From Sphaerodactylus townsendi (taxonomy: Eukaryota): a DNA stretch of 64,000 bases. The notes under the pieces were generated by a model. It did no database searches. It was not told the origin of the DNA and saw only the letters and a program-made list of their open reading frames with translations. A program made the translations under genes and the position numbers. Shown one piece after another: positions 24,067-38,879 of this stretch (positions are counted from its first letter, which is position 1; the number at the start of each line of letters is the position of its first letter). The stretch lies in the NCBI RefSeq assembly GCF_021028975.2, contig NC_059427.1, forward strand, positions 17,422,001-17,486,000. The letters run 5' to 3'.

Positions 24067-24252
24067 CAGTGGTTCTCAACCTTCCTAATGCCACGACCCT
24101 TTAATACAGTTCCTCATGTTGTGGTGACCCCCAACCCTAACATGTATCCATTTTACAGATGGAGAACACGGATGCAGAGTGTCTTAGGTGACCCCTGGAA
24201 AAGGGTCGTTCAACCTCCAAAGGGGTCGCTACCCACAGGTTGAGAACCGCTG
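24067..24252. mobile_element. hAT MITE
   Basis: TIRs CAGTGGTTCTCAACC / GGTTGAGAACCGCTG; TSD CCATAGAT/CCATAGAC. Confidence 0.85.
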
Positions 24253-24275
24253 CCATAGACTATAAACGTATAGAT

Positions 24276-24701
24276 CAGTGGTGGCGAACCTATGGCACGG
24301 GTGCCAGAGGTGGCACTCAGAGCCCTCTCTGTGGGCACGAGCAAACAGAGTCCCCCCACCCCCACATACAGATCTAGGCTGGCCTGGGCCGCTGGGCTCA
24401 ATTATTAGCATTAAACCTAAGACCTAGTTTTGGGGAAGCAGTGTAGGTAACCCTGTTAAGTGCTGTTAAACCTCACTGATTTTCACGTGAAGAACTAAAG
24501 TGCAATCCTTTACCTGGGAGTAAGCTCGGTTGCTGGCAATGGGGCTTGCTTCTGAGTAAATGCATGCCTCGGAGCCAACTGCTTTTTCTAAACTAAAACC
24601 TCAGTATTCAGGTTAAATTGCCGTGTTGGCACTTTGTGATAAATAAGTGGGTTTTGGGTTGCAATTTGGGCACTCGGTCTCGAAAAGGTTCGCCACCACT
24701 G
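24276..24701. mobile_element. hAT MITE
   Basis: TIRs CAGTGGTGGCGAACC / GGTTCGCCACCACTG; TSD GTATAGAT. Confidence 0.88.
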
Positions 24702-24761
24702 GTATAGATAGTTGGACTTGATGGCCCTTGGGGTCTCTTCCAGCTCTATGATTTTGAAGGG

Positions 24762-25396
24762 CTAGAAACTTACCTTTTGTTTATAATTAAAGCTAAGAGT
24801 CTCAGTAGGTTGCGCTCCATCCCCAGTACTCCTTTCTGTTTCCACATGGTATGAGGGCAGGACCGCCACATACACTCGGTCATTTTCACAGGCTTGATTT
24901 CTTGGATGAAGCCTCTGATGTCTAACAAAGGCCAACTGGTGAATGAATGTTCTGCTACACTCGAGGCATTTAAAGAGCCTGCCTTTGGAGTGGATTTTCT
25001 GGTGTTTGCACAGGTCTGATTTGTCACGGAACCTTTTCTGACAGACACCGCATTCAAAAGGTTTCTCTCCTGTGTGAATCCGTTCATGCAAGACCAGCTG
25101 GGACTCGTAACGGAACTGTTTCCCACACACAAAGCAGAGGTGCTTCCTCTCTGAGTTAAGCAGTCTTTCACATGCAGGGAAGTTGCCTCTCTCCTTATCA
25201 GTGGATTCATCTTCGTCCATTTCAGGTTGCTTCCTCTGCCACCTTTCATGCTTTGGCCTACTCTTATAGGCTTCTGGGCTTTGGCTGTCAAGTCCGTGAA
25301 ATCTTCCCAGTAACTTTCCAGAAGATCTTGCAGGCAAAATCATCTTCTGCTGAGGTTCCCCTTCTCCGTACTCTTTTCCCACAAAGTCATCCCTTG
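24762..25396 (-). CDS. C2H2 zinc-finger exon (ZNF-C; 3 fingers)
   Basis: Fingers HLCFVC..HERIH, FECGVC..HQKIH, FKCLEC..HQRLH; phase-1 acceptor cttctgttccag|CAAGG at 25396; strong donor AAG|GTAAGT at 24774 just before the stop. Confidence 0.8.
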
Positions 25397-26647
25397 CTGG
25401 AACAGAAGTGCAAGCCACATTTGAGGAGCAAACGAAGGCAAGTTTTCAACAGGGGGAGAGGCTGGATCATACTGTGGGTAAGTTAGAAGTGAGTTTCACC
25501 TCTAGTTTCAATCCATTGGACAAAGAATTTATCTCCACCCACCCCCCCATTGTTTTAGAGGAAACTGATAAAATCTGATAAAATTGCCAGCCCCCCCCCG
25601 GCTCCACCCCCTGCCACCGATCAGCTGGCTCATGGGGGGTTTACTGACAGAGGAGGAAGTCCAGCTGCTGGTAAAAACCATTTTTACTATAGAGTTATTG
25701 CTTGAATTCCAGAGCATCACCATTACATAAGCAATGTTATGACATCACTTCCTGTGCTTACTGGAAGTGACATGACCAGCAGCAACATGGCCTGAGCTTC
25801 CCTCCTGCTCCTGATAAGTCCCCCTCTTCCCCACCACCGGTTGCCAGGAGAGAGTTGGCTACCTTATAACCCAATGACCCCTCTATATTTCAACACAGGC
25901 ACTGCCATCCTGATGTGAGCTGCATTAGCACAGTATGGTCAATGCACATTTATTGTAAGACTGAGGCCTTTCTGCACATGCGAAGTGACAGCGCTTCCAT
26001 GATACACATTTAATCCGCTTTCACCATTGTTTGCAAGTGGATTCTGCTATTCCACACAGTAAAATCCAGCTTCAAAGTGCATTGAAAGTGCAATATTCTG
26101 CATGTGCGGAAGGGGCCCTAAACTGGCAGCTGATCCAGGCGCAGCAAGGATATCGCTGCTATCATTTTGATTACCGTTCGCACGGTCAGGATGTTCTGTG
26201 CATGACCCCAATAGGTGTAATCGGTTCTCCTTCGAGTGTCGCTATTTATGCATCTTAATTGAACTATTTTATAATGTTAACTGCATTTTTGCCTGTTGTG
26301 GGTGTTCCAGGTTATGTGGCCAAGGTCTGGTAGTTTTTGTTTCACCTATACCCATGGCCAGCATCTTCAGAGGCATGTCACGGTGAGATGTGTTTCTCTC
26401 CATGGCATAGTGTAAAGTGATTGTGTGGCGGGGTATATGTACTGCCCACCTCACAAGGGAGTAAGGTACATTTGCTTACTGGAATGTGCTTCCTGGAAGT
26501 GGGGTTCATTCACAGGAAGTCTGGGTGGGGTTCATTCACAGTTGCATTTGCTGTTGCATTGGCAATTACACATTTTTGTTTAGACTTTTAATGTTTTTAT
26601 ATTCGCCCACTTGTAGATGCTCACAGAGCTGAAAGGTGGCATAACAG

Positions 26648-27038
26648 CAGTGGTGGGATCCAAAAATTTTAGTAACAGGTTCCCATGGTGGTGGGATTCA
26701 AACTGTGGCGTAGCGCCAATGGGGCTGGGCGGGGCACAACGGGGGCGTGGCCGGACATTCCAGGGGCGGAGAATTCCTGGGCGGGGCTGTGGCAAGGACG
26801 CAGCCGCTGCGCCGGTCCTTGGGCGGGAAACGAATGCACACAGGTGCAGGCTGCCACGCACGCCGGTGCACCTCCTGCTAGACTGCTTCAAGTTCTGCCG
26901 CTACTGCTGAGAGGAGGGGCGTCACTAAGGCAAAAATCACGTGGCAAAATCACCAATTAGTAACCCCCTCTCGGCACACACAAATAATTAGTAACCTACT
27001 CTCGGGAACCTGTGAGAACCTGCTGGATCCCACCTCTG
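26648..27038. mobile_element. hAT MITE (CAGTGGTGGGATCC family)
   Basis: TIRs CAGTGGTGGGATCCA / TGGATCCCACCTCTG; TSD CATAACAG/GATAACAG. Family copies at 34453-34642 (TSD AACAGGCA), 41803-42193 and 58167-58517. Confidence 0.85.
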
Positions 27039-28157
27039 GATAACAGTGTTTTAAAATAAATAAAATAAAAATATATAATTCAACCAAAGATGACCTCACA
27101 TACAGGGATGAGTCACCTTGACCCAGGAAAAGGGGAAAAAATCATAGTTTGGAAAAGAAAATTAAAGAAACGCTGTATACATTTCAACTATAATGTTGGA
27201 ATGTTTCTGAAAATTAGGAACAGACTGATGAACATGGACCGGGGAGAAGAGAGGGAGGGGCAAATACTTATACAGGGCAGAAAACCTTCGGCAGAGGCTC
27301 CACCCAATCCAGCAGAGATCAAATCTCCTCAAGCCTTGTTGGCCCCACCATTGCCTCACCTTCACAGATGCTTCCTAGACACTCCACTTCCTCTGCATCC
27401 TGAGGATTTGAGGGCAAAGGTGCTTGGCTTTGGTCCAGACTGCAAAGACCATTCGGATTAGGAATCGAAAATCCTGGTTCAGGGGGAAAGAAGATCAAGT
27501 TCATACGAGCAAATCCGACTTGGCTTTATCTGGATTTTATCCTCTTTTTATTGGGAATATATGGACATTCAAGGTAAAATTCTACTCAAATAGCAACAGG
27601 GCCCTGAGTGCATCCATATAGCAATGATGCAAACCATGATCCCCACCTGTAGTTCGTCAGTCCTTCATGGCACTACATCCAAGTTGTCCTGGAAGGAGCC
27701 ACAGGTCACGAAGTTTAACCAGCTCCCAGAGGCAATATCATTGCCCCAACTAAACATCCCTCAACTTTGGCTGATCTGCTATCACTCTTAATAATCTTAA
27801 CCTTCCATTCCATAAACCATTTTTTGCCACCTCTCCTTTCAACTTTATGGCTCCTCATTCGTAGAACTCATTTTTAGAGTTCACATGCAAGACAGCCTTT
27901 GATTGTCTCATCCCTCCACTTTGACCAAGAAAAGGGGGACAACTTTGGAACTCCCTCCCCAGGAAAATTCATCTCTCTTCCTCTATTGGTGTATTCCACC
28001 AGTGGATGAAGACTTTTTTTCTTTGTTGGCACACCCCCTATATTGGTAGTGAAACTTCTCCCTGGCTCTCGTATTGTTTGTTTATATGTTTTAATTGAAT
28101 TATTTTACAATTTTAAAGGTTGTTTTTAATCGTTAAAATGTTTTCACGTTTACCGCT

Positions 28158-28748
28158 TCAGGGCGGAAATACAGCATGAAATGCTTTAATAGATAAATAC
28201 AGGATTTCCTTACTGGTCTGGAGACTCCTGTGTTTAATAAGTTGGAAGCTGCAGCTGAAGCCTTTCCCACAGTCAGGGCATGCATAGGATTCTCTTGCCC
28301 TGGGAACTGTTAGGTGTACAACAAGATTTGAGATCGCCTGGACACTTTTATCACAGTCAGGGCATCGATACGGTTTCCGCAGCACGCAACTATCTTGACA
28401 AGCATTGGAAACCAAACTAAGACTGAAGCTTTTTCCACATTCCAGACAGTCGTAGAGATTCTCATCATCATGGCATCTCATATGTTTCAGGAGGCTCGGC
28501 CTGTACCGAAAACTTTTCCCACACTGTTCACACCGATAGGGTGTTTCCCCTGTGTGGATTCTCCGGTGTGTATTCACATCAGTGTTCTGTCTGAAGTTTT
28601 TCCCGCAGTCGGGGCATTGATAGGGTTTCTCTCCCGTGTGGAGCCTCTTATGTCGAACGAGGTGAGAATTCCTCTTGAAACTCCTCCCACACACAGAGCA
28701 GGAATACAATTTCCGTATCCCAACTGTTGGTTGTGACAGCGCTTCCAT
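28158..28748 (-). CDS. C2H2 zinc-finger exon (ZNF-D; 3 intact plus 3 degenerate fingers)
   Basis: 196-aa ORF; fingers 1-3 canonical, fingers 4-6 lack His ligands. The upstream linker appears frameshifted relative to the acceptor near 28832. Confidence 0.7.
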   Translation of the reverse strand: MEALSQPTVGIRKLYSCSVCGRSFKRNSHLVRHKRLHTGEKPYQCPDCGKNFRQNTDVNTHRRIHTGETPYRCEQCGKSFRYRPSLLKHMRCHDDENLYDCLECGKSFSLSLVSNACQDSCVLRKPYRCPDCDKSVQAISNLVVHLTVPRARESYACPDCGKGFSCSFQLIKHRSLQTSKEILYLSIKAFHAVFPP

Positions 28749-29577
28749 GAAACTTTCCTCGCCAGAAGGAACGGTCTTTATCTATCTTCCAGGAACCATC
28801 CAGCATTCTTTCCAGTGAGAAAAAAAATTTGGCTGCAAAATAGTTATCAAAAATCTTTATCAGTTTGATCAATAGTTTTCTGTATAAACCATTGTAAAAC
28901 TAAACATAGGGATTTCAAAGCAACAACCGGAATGGAAAACCATAGAAACTGCACTGAAAAGTAGAGAATCTATATTGGGCTTAAGTAGACATTTCAGAAC
29001 TTCTTCGCTCCCTAAAACTGTGCCCAAGAGTTCAGGCACCTGGAACAAGTAGAAAAAAGGTGCACAGCTTCTCCCCACCCTGAGTCCTCGCTTGCTTCTG
29101 GAAATGATTGCCTCACCCAGACCTATTCCAGCCTATTCATTCTCCGTCAATATTCAGACACCACCACCCCCAGCCTCCAGCCTACATCATTTTTGCAAGG
29201 ATTGTTTAACTTGGATGGGTTCTTGTCACTGAGAATTCATGTTCAGCCTTTCAGCATGAGCTGAAGGTAAAAAAGAATAACATCAAGCCATAAATAATTA
29301 TGCTACACATCCAAAAAAAAATCCACAGGCCAATCAGATAGATTCATAATAAGCATTAATCCTGACTCCATCTTGGGTCCTACCTACCCCCTCCCTCTGT
29401 TGGCCTTTAGATCGGGCGCCTGCTTTTAACAACTTCTGTTGTTTTAATCTGTATTTATTTCTCGTAACTGCTGGTTAAGTTTTTAATGGGTTTAAGTTAT
29501 ATTTTTGTATTGATTCGCTGTCTTAGAGAACAGCCATATTGTGAGCCGCCTCGAGCCCTTCAGAGGTGAGGCGGCTT

Positions 29578-29637
29578 ATGAATGAATGAATGAATGAATG
29601 AATGAATGAATGAATGAATGAATGAATGAATGAATGA
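29578..29637. repeat. (GAAT)n microsatellite at a retroposon tail
   Basis: About 15 direct GAAT units. Confidence 0.95.
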
Positions 29638-29849
29638 AATGCAAACAGGGACAACAGGCTCTAGGTTTCTTACTTTAGGAGCAAGTTTCTGTGTTAACAA
29701 AAATGATATTTATTCACTTTCTTCATTTGTAATTCACCTTCTGTACTGAGACATGAGATTGATTACAAAATGCGATAAACAGTATGATACATACAACAAA
29801 CAATGCAATAATACTGGATTAAAAATTAGAACTGTAACAATTGCAAGAC

Positions 29850-32520
29850 AGAAAAAATCCAAATACACGAAGCTCTAGCTTTTTTCCTGATAAACATCAA
29901 TCTTATTGAAGAACTGACATGCGCTGGACATCTAAAACTATAGAGCAAATATTCAACCAAGGATTTTTACAAATCATAATCTGGTAGAAGTAATTTGGCA
30001 GTTAAACAAAAGTAGAAGAGAAGGATGGAGATTGAATGACAATCGACTGCTACAATAAGAAACAGTGGAAAAATGCGAAAAGATTTAGAAGAATTTTTAA
30101 AAATCAATAAAACAGGACATCTTGATGGCTATGATCCGGGAAACTAGTAAAGCCTACATGAGAGAAAACTGCAACCACAGCAAAACAAACGAAGGACAAA
30201 CTGGAACAAACCAAGAAAAGATTGGAAAGAATTAGATTGTGTAGTAATGCACTGCTGACCCAGCAGCGCCGTGGTAGAACGTTGGGACGCCAACGGACCT
30301 ACGGCCTTCTGGTCGCACCGCACCCCCACTCCTCATCCCCCTATGAGTCACGGGTCATGAACTGTCTGGCTCAGTCACCGGGCGCAGGGACAATGGTCTT
30401 GCCCCCAGGTGAGGATTAGGCTCAGACGCTTACGCTCCTCTCCGCACGTAGCCAGGTGAGATCATGCATCACATGATGATCTCCAGGTCTCCCGGTCTCC
30501 CGCTCATCTCCCTACCCACCTCCTTTACACGCCCACAATGAAACCCTAATAAAAGGTGCCAGAGACCAGCACAGGGCAGAGTTGTCAGGATCACGAAATC
30601 CCGCGCTTCCTGTTGCTGACGCTCTCCACCAGATGAAACCTCCTCCGCGTCTCGCCTATTCCTTAGCGACGACCCTGCGGGGATGACTACAGATTGTTGG
30701 AGAAATAACATAAAATATGCCAAGATAAAATAATTACAAAAGAGATCAAATAATTAAAGAATCCTTTCCTCCTTTTCAAACGGATCTAGTCGATTCTTTA
30801 ATTATTTGATCTCTTTTTTAAATCTCTGTTTTAAAAGAGACATTTTGAACAGGCAAATTAACTTGGAAGATACTTAGCACAGTTGTGAAGAAACTAAACA
30901 GAACAATCACAGGAATGAAGAAAGAGACAAGATTACACATGTAGAAAAAGAAAGACAGGAACTATTTGCCATTTTCTCAAACTTGTATCAAAAAGAAGGT
31001 TCAATGGAAGCTACAATGGAAAGTATATAAAATACAGTGTTATATTAAATCAAACTATTACTACCCCAAAAATATCACAAACTATAAAAGAATTGAAGAA
31101 AGAAAAGGTACCAGGTCCTGATGGACCTATACAGATATATTATAAGTGCTTGGAAGAAATTTAAATCTTTCCTTTGCATAAAGTTATGGATGAAATTAGT
31201 ACAGAGAAAATATTAAAAATAATCATGGCAAGAGGCCCATATAACTCTGATTCATAAGGAAGGAACTGATCCATCCTTACTGCATTTGTATATAGACCAA
31301 TTTCGTTATTAAATATGGATTATAAACTCTTAACTTCAATAATGGTAAAAAGGTTGAGAAAAATGAATACATGAAGGCAAGACAGGATTTGTCCCCCCCC
31401 CCCCCCCCGCAAAAATATGGAAGATAACATTTGTTTTGCAGTAAATGCAATAGTATTTGTGGGGTGAAAAGAAAACAGCCTTTGTTTTTCTAGACACAGA
31501 GAAAGCGTTTGATAATGCAAGCTGGTCTTTTTTGCTGAAAATGCTTGAAAACATAAGGTGTGGATCAAGATTTTTGAATTGGATACAAAGTATTTATACA
31601 AAACAACATGCAAAGATTTTAATAAATGGAATTTCAGTGGGAGGAATACAAATTGAAAAAGGAACGGATCAAGGATGCCCACTATCACCATTCTTAATTA
31701 TTCTTGTATTAGAAGTATTGGCAAAAAGATCAGACAAGACCCTTGAATTAAAGAACTAAGAATAGATGGAGAAGAATTTACATTGAAATGCTTCACCAAC
31801 ACCATGGCTAAGATGATTATCAATCCACATTTGCTTCTGAAACACTTAATGGAATAAACTAAAGAAGCTGGATCTTTTCAGGATATAACATTAATTGAAA
31901 GAAGACAAAAATTGTGTTGACAATAACAAACTGCAGGTCTGATTTTGATTGAGGACTGGATTAAGAACCCTCACCAGAGGATAATAAAATTAGAAACAGC
32001 AGATTTGGAAGCATGACTACATAATTGGACTAGTAGTACGACAGAAAAAAAAACTGAAGAAAAAATATGTTTCAAAATGGAAACCATTTGATTAGATAAA
32101 GATGGGCTATATATTTTTTTGGATGCAACAAGAATAAGCCACCAGCAATATCACCAGAGAAGCATGTTATGATAAGAAAGTGATACAAATATTAATTTTC
32201 TAATTTATGGAGGCATGATAGATGCTCAAGAAGGTTTTAATGTGGATTTTAATGGACGCCAAAAATGTTGTACTGTACACTGTGTTTTAAAGGGTTTTAT
32301 TTTATAGTTAATATTCTATTTAGTCTGTATTTTGTGTATTTTATTCTTTGTTGTCCAGCTGTTGTGCACCGCCCAGAGCCCTTCGGGGGAGGGGCGGTAT
32401 ATAAATTTAATAATAAATAAAATAAATAAAAAATAAAAGAAGAAATTAAATCTTGGCAAACAATTAAAGATAAAGGGAAAAAACACAATGGCTCCTATAT
32501 TTTCAATTAGACTCAAGATG
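29850..32520 (+). mobile_element. Decayed L1-clade LINE ORF2
   Basis: 31457-31759 translates LDTEKAFDNASWSFL...GTDQGCPLSPFL (L1 RT motifs DAEKAFD, QGCPLSP); upstream KVPGPDG and YRPISLLN motifs. Confidence 0.85.
30240..30691 (+). mobile_element. Solo LTR (452 bp)
   Basis: TGTAGT...ACTACA inverted termini, perfect 5-bp TSD GATTG, internal AATAAAA; CpG-rich, suggesting a young insertion. Confidence 0.88.
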
Positions 32521-34033
32521 ATGAAGGGAAATTAAACCAAGAAGAGGTTTGCTGAATATCCCATCCTGTTTGATTGTATTGACGCACTCTGTATAGTCTG
32601 CCTCGAACCCCAGTGAGAAAGGCAGGCTACAAAGAACATGAATAAATCAAATAATTGTGACTTGACGGAGCTTGACTAATAGGCACACACTTGAAAGACT
32701 GGTACACTGGAGAGCATGCAGTTTCCAAAAGTTTCAAGAAAGTTGTCAGATGAGCACTGTCAAGGGACAGGAGTGTGTCATTCATCACCCCGTGTTGTGC
32801 CAGACATGAGCCAACTGATAAGCCAACCCCATGCCTCGAGCACTGAAATACCAGTGCTAGAAAGAGGCAGACAGCGGGCAAGAGACAGCACTGCCTTTCC
32901 CCAGACAGCTTCATGCTGGGCAATCCTAAAATGCCCGATTGCAATCATGAGGAAATGCAGCAACATCCCGGAAGGGGCTCCTACTGCTGATGTCCCGCCC
33001 TGAAGCAAAATGCTGGCTGGGATTTAGCCCTGTACGCTCCTCCGGATCATAGTTCCACCTGACTCCGCAGCACTCTACCCCGCTCCCCCTTCCAGCTCAG
33101 CCCGTTACCTACAATTCTTCGGAGGAACGAGCAAGGTTTAACACTTGTTTGCCATCGCGGGCTCTGTCCGACAAGAGAGTGGAGGAGAGGCAGTCTCCAC
33201 TTCGGTCGGGCGTACAGGAAGCAAGGCTCAAGGTCTCCCCCCAGCGCTCAACCACGTGGGAGGGATCGAAGCCGATCAACTGGCGTTGTCTTCCGAAGAA
33301 GCCCGCCTCCTTCCCTGCAAACTGGGACAGGGAACGGCAAAGAGAGAGAGAGAGAGAGAGAGACGGGTTGTTTTGCCTCCCGCAGATATTAATGCAGCCT
33401 CCTCTAGTGGCTGCAACTCGGGATTCAAAACAGGAGCCCAGGAAATTAGTGATCTGGAATACTTGAACACATCCGGGGTCTTACTGCTTCCTTTCACCAT
33501 TTTGGGGAACATAGCGGAACAACCTCCCACTGACTTCGGTGAGCTTGCAAATAGGCACGACACGGTGCCCTGAGTTGCAAAGCGCTTCTCGGACTTCCTT
33601 GCGTTGGCCCTCCCCATCAAGAATGCAGGTGCAAAGTTGCAGTTCTTCCCGCGCACACTCAACTCCCTCCCTACATCTGTGCGTGGCAAACTGCAGCTTC
33701 AGGTTACATTGCTGAGTGACAGTTCTCGGGGGTGATTACTGGAAAGGAAGTTCTACTATATACGATCTTTCTCCCAGCAAACGTAAACTAGAACAGCAAC
33801 AGGGAGGCAACTTACCTCGCTGCAAAACTGCTGTAAAGCTGCCGCAAAGCTCACTGCTGGAAAATACGACCGGGGCTGAGCAAAATGGACTCCGCAAAAA
33901 TCAAATGGAAGGTGTAGATTGTGTAAAGCCTGTGTGCAGTTGGCAGCACACACACATACGGTCCCTTTGCAGACAGGACTTTGAATTTATGGAGAGTGAG
34001 GGTGAAGATAACAACCAGTGTGTGATGTTCCTA

Positions 34034-34266
34034 CCCTGTTTCCCCTAATATAAGACATCCCCGAAAAATAAGACATAGTAGAGGTTTTGCTGAAGTGCGA
34101 AATATAAGGCATCCCCCGAAAGTAAGACATAGCAAAGTTTTTGTTTGGAAGCATGCCCGACGAACAGAACACAGGAAAAATAAGACATCCCCTGAAAATA
34201 AGACATGGCACATCTTTGGGAGCAAAAATTAATATAAGACACTGTCTTATATTCGGGGAAACACGG
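34034..34266. mobile_element. Tc1/mariner (Tigger/pogo-like) MITE
   Basis: TA-flanked TIRs CCCTGTTTCCCC / GGGGAAACACGG with internal AAAATAAGACAT repeats. Confidence 0.8.
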
Positions 34267-35479
34267 TATTAACACCTTCAGGCACTCATCTGTGCACACT
34301 TCTGCCATCTCCATTCAGGGCTCGACTCTTGCTGTGGTTTGATGGGCGGGAAAAGCCCATTGTTGAAACCAATTTATGGGTTTCATAAATAGATCCAGGA
34401 GTGGCAGGAATCATTCCAGAGGAACAGCTCTTTTGCCAAAATACAACAGGCACAGTGGTGGGATCCAAAAAATTTAATAACAGGTTCTGATGATGGTGGG
34501 ATTCAAACAGTGGCGGCGCCGCACACACACACCTCCAGTCCCTATTGGCAGGGAGGTTGCTTTAGTAACCCCTTCTCGGCACTCAGAAAAATTAGTAACC
34601 ACTTCTAGAGAAGTGGTGAGAACTGGTTGGATCCCAACTCTGAACAGGCACCTTTAAAGTCTAATGTACGCCTACAGACGCTTTCACACGTGCTGAATAA
34701 TGAACTTTCAATCGACTTTCAATATCATAGGGAATGTAGCCTAACAGCATAGATGATATTTTATAGAAACACAGGCCATGGACCTCCTCCGACACCCTCC
34801 AACCAATCGCTGGGCTCCCCTGAGGAGGATTCTGAAGGAGAGCAAACTCTCCATCTCCCAGCCCTATCCAGCTGAATTGTGAGCTACCAGTAATTAGCAG
34901 GCTTGGGAAAGGTCCTTGAACAGCTAACTGTCTATGGGCGTGGCTGACACCGGTTGGTAAGGGACTGGGCCCAGGGGGTGGGGGTAGGAGTGGAATTAAG
35001 TGGATTTTTCCTCAGAAAATGGCCTCTTTCTTGACAGGCTGCTTTGTGTGGTTTTTGGTAGTTGTCTTGCTGTAAATATCAAAATATTAGGTACAATTAA
35101 TGTCACCAATAAACAACCCCCAAAGGATTGTTGTGTTATGCTAGTGCTAGTTTGTCATTTGATATGCTTCTGACAAGATTCAGTTACCAGTAATGGCAAT
35201 TTAATAGGCGTACGTACATTAAAATGATACTTATTTTTCATCGTTATAAATAGACTGCCACCCATCCTGCTGTTCAGAAGGCGTAACCAACCTCACTGGG
35301 CTATTAAAAGATAAGAAAGATGGCCTGATTCCCTGGAGAAAGTGTGGGATAAGAGAATATTTATTGTTGTGATCAATTGACCATAAAAACATACATACAG
35401 CAGAACACAGTACCTGCTACAATAGCAAACAAGTAGATTAAAAGAACAAAAGGAGAAGGTTGCATAGATTTTAGGAGCA

Positions 35480-35870
35480 AAATATTACAACGGGAACAGC
35501 TGCTTGATTTTCATTCTGAAAACCTCTGGCAGAAATTTTGCCACCTCTAATGTGATCCTAACATTTTTGTCTTCTAACAAAAAGATGTATGCAGGATTAT
35601 TCTGTGCTGCCTCTAAATTTTGACAATAGCGGGGAGATCCTCTGTTGATGCCCACAATGATAAAAATAAAACTTGCAGAAAAGAAGAATGTGTGGTAAAG
35701 TTTCGATATCCTGAACGTTACAAGGGCATCGACTGAGAGGATAAGGAACACCTGTGAGCCTACCGTGAAGGTTTTCAGATGGAAATACATTTAGCCTTGT
35801 TTTTATAAGCAGCCAACAATAATGAAAAACCATCAATGTTTTGAAATAATTAGCACAACAGAATGGGACC
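35480..35870 (-). mobile_element. Non-LTR retrotransposon 3' remnant (C-terminal CCHC knuckle)
   Basis: Translation SRCPCNVQDIETLPHILLFCKFY matches the R-C-x-C...E-T-x-x-H-x-L-x-x-C motif of LINE ORF2 C-termini. Confidence 0.65.
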
Positions 35871-36139
35871 GCAGTTTATTTGAAAATAGGTCAAGGAACA
35901 AACAATATGGGCACAGGACCAGAGATCAGCTGTAGCAATATAGTGAGGGATAAAAATGTACTATGATTCATTTCATGTTATCTACATGATAAACCTACTA
36001 TAGCCTACTGTAGTGTCATTTACAGCATCCTTTATCCAAAATACAGTCAACAACAAGTACATGTAAAATATGGTTCCTGAAGCCCCCGTAAGAAAGGAGG
36101 GGGATCTGTGGCAGAGTCAGTGGGCCTTTCCCCACTTAC

Positions 36140-36390
36140 CTTCTGCTGCGCGCTACTCTCCTCAAATAGTGCAGGGTCCTGCGGCACTCCCCACTACAGG
36201 GGTGGCGACAACGCAGCCACCCCGAAGCTGCCGCTCTCGCGCCCCCTCCGCGCGCGTCAGTCCTGGCGCTCTTCAAAACGGCGCCTTTTGATGGGGAAGC
36301 TCGGGCGCGCGCCAGAAATGACGCGCACTGAGAGTAGCGCGCAGCAAAGGGAAAACGACCAAAGTGGGGAAACGGCCAATGTCTCCAATG
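36140..36390 (-). promoter_or_regulatory. CpG island / first exon (probably of ZNF-D, or ZNF-D+C)
   Basis: GCGCGCG clusters, TGACG half-CRE, CCAAT, and consensus donor AAG|GTAAGT at 36140/36139. Confidence 0.65.
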
Positions 36391-36829
36391 CAGAAGGCAC
36401 CAAATTAATTTCCTGTAGTATACAGTAGCAGGTGTTCAGCGAGACCTTACTGTATACCAGGTTCTGAACAACAACCTATTAGACCACAGCCAGGTAATTG
36501 GGCCACTGGTTTAACCCAAAATAACTCTTGTATGTTTAGTACAAACAAAACTGTTTTAAAAACTTTATTTCATTTGTATGCCATCATCCTGGCTAGAGGA
36601 TGTGCTTTAACAGGTACCAACCGCTTTTCAGGTCACACACTGTAATGAAGGTGGTTTCGTGTCTGGTGTTAAGCCTGTTAAAATCAGTGCTGATCGACTG
36701 CTCTCTTCCCTCATTGCCACAAGTCTATAAAGACAGCAAAGTCTAATCAGCTTCTCAATCTATTTCCTTCTCCCACATTAACTAAGGTATATGCAGCATC
36801 TACTCAAAGATCCTCCTCCATTCTCATTA

Positions 36830-38163
<1,334 letters not shown>

Positions 38164-38879
38164 CTGCCAAGACAGAAGAGAGAATTTAAACACAAGCAAT
38201 CCTCTGAAAAGAGGCCAGCTGATTTCTCTGCAAGAGATTCTAGAGGTGTGCACAGGTGTACCTCTCCATAGGGTCTTATTGCTGTGAGCAAGCTCTGCTG
38301 ACCCTCTCCTCCCAGCCCGGCTGCCCAATACTTAGTTTCAACCCGCACTTCCCAATTCTTCAAGCATTTGGATGTTTAAAAACACCCAGTTTACCCAGAC
38401 ATTTATTCCACATTTTAATTGAATTAATATCTTGTGGTCAGACAGGGATCCTTTGTCTTGAACATACTGTCACTTTTCTCCATTATATCTACATAGCCCT
38501 GCAAAAAATCAGCCCCGGCCCTCCTCATTCTCACTTCACATTGGGCCATTGCCACATGCTGCTGTGTCATTTCTCAGCATCTAGTTCCTGTTTGTACCAC
38601 CTCTAAAGCACCTCTCTGCCCTGGGACCACTGTCTACCAATATTCACAAAATTAAGCTAAGTCTAGTATTACAGAGCTCCCTGCCCTCCATACCTCTTCA
38701 AGGCAGCTGTATGCGAGCAGACTCAAAGCAGAGAGAAGAAACTGTTTCTATAGCATCCCTACCCTCATTGGCTTGTCAGTGGTTGCCTTGCATATGACTG
38801 CCTTCAATTGGGGATCCTCCCACAGTGATGGAACCCTATCAAGATGCAATGGAGGTTTTTCCTTACACTGTTTCTGGAA

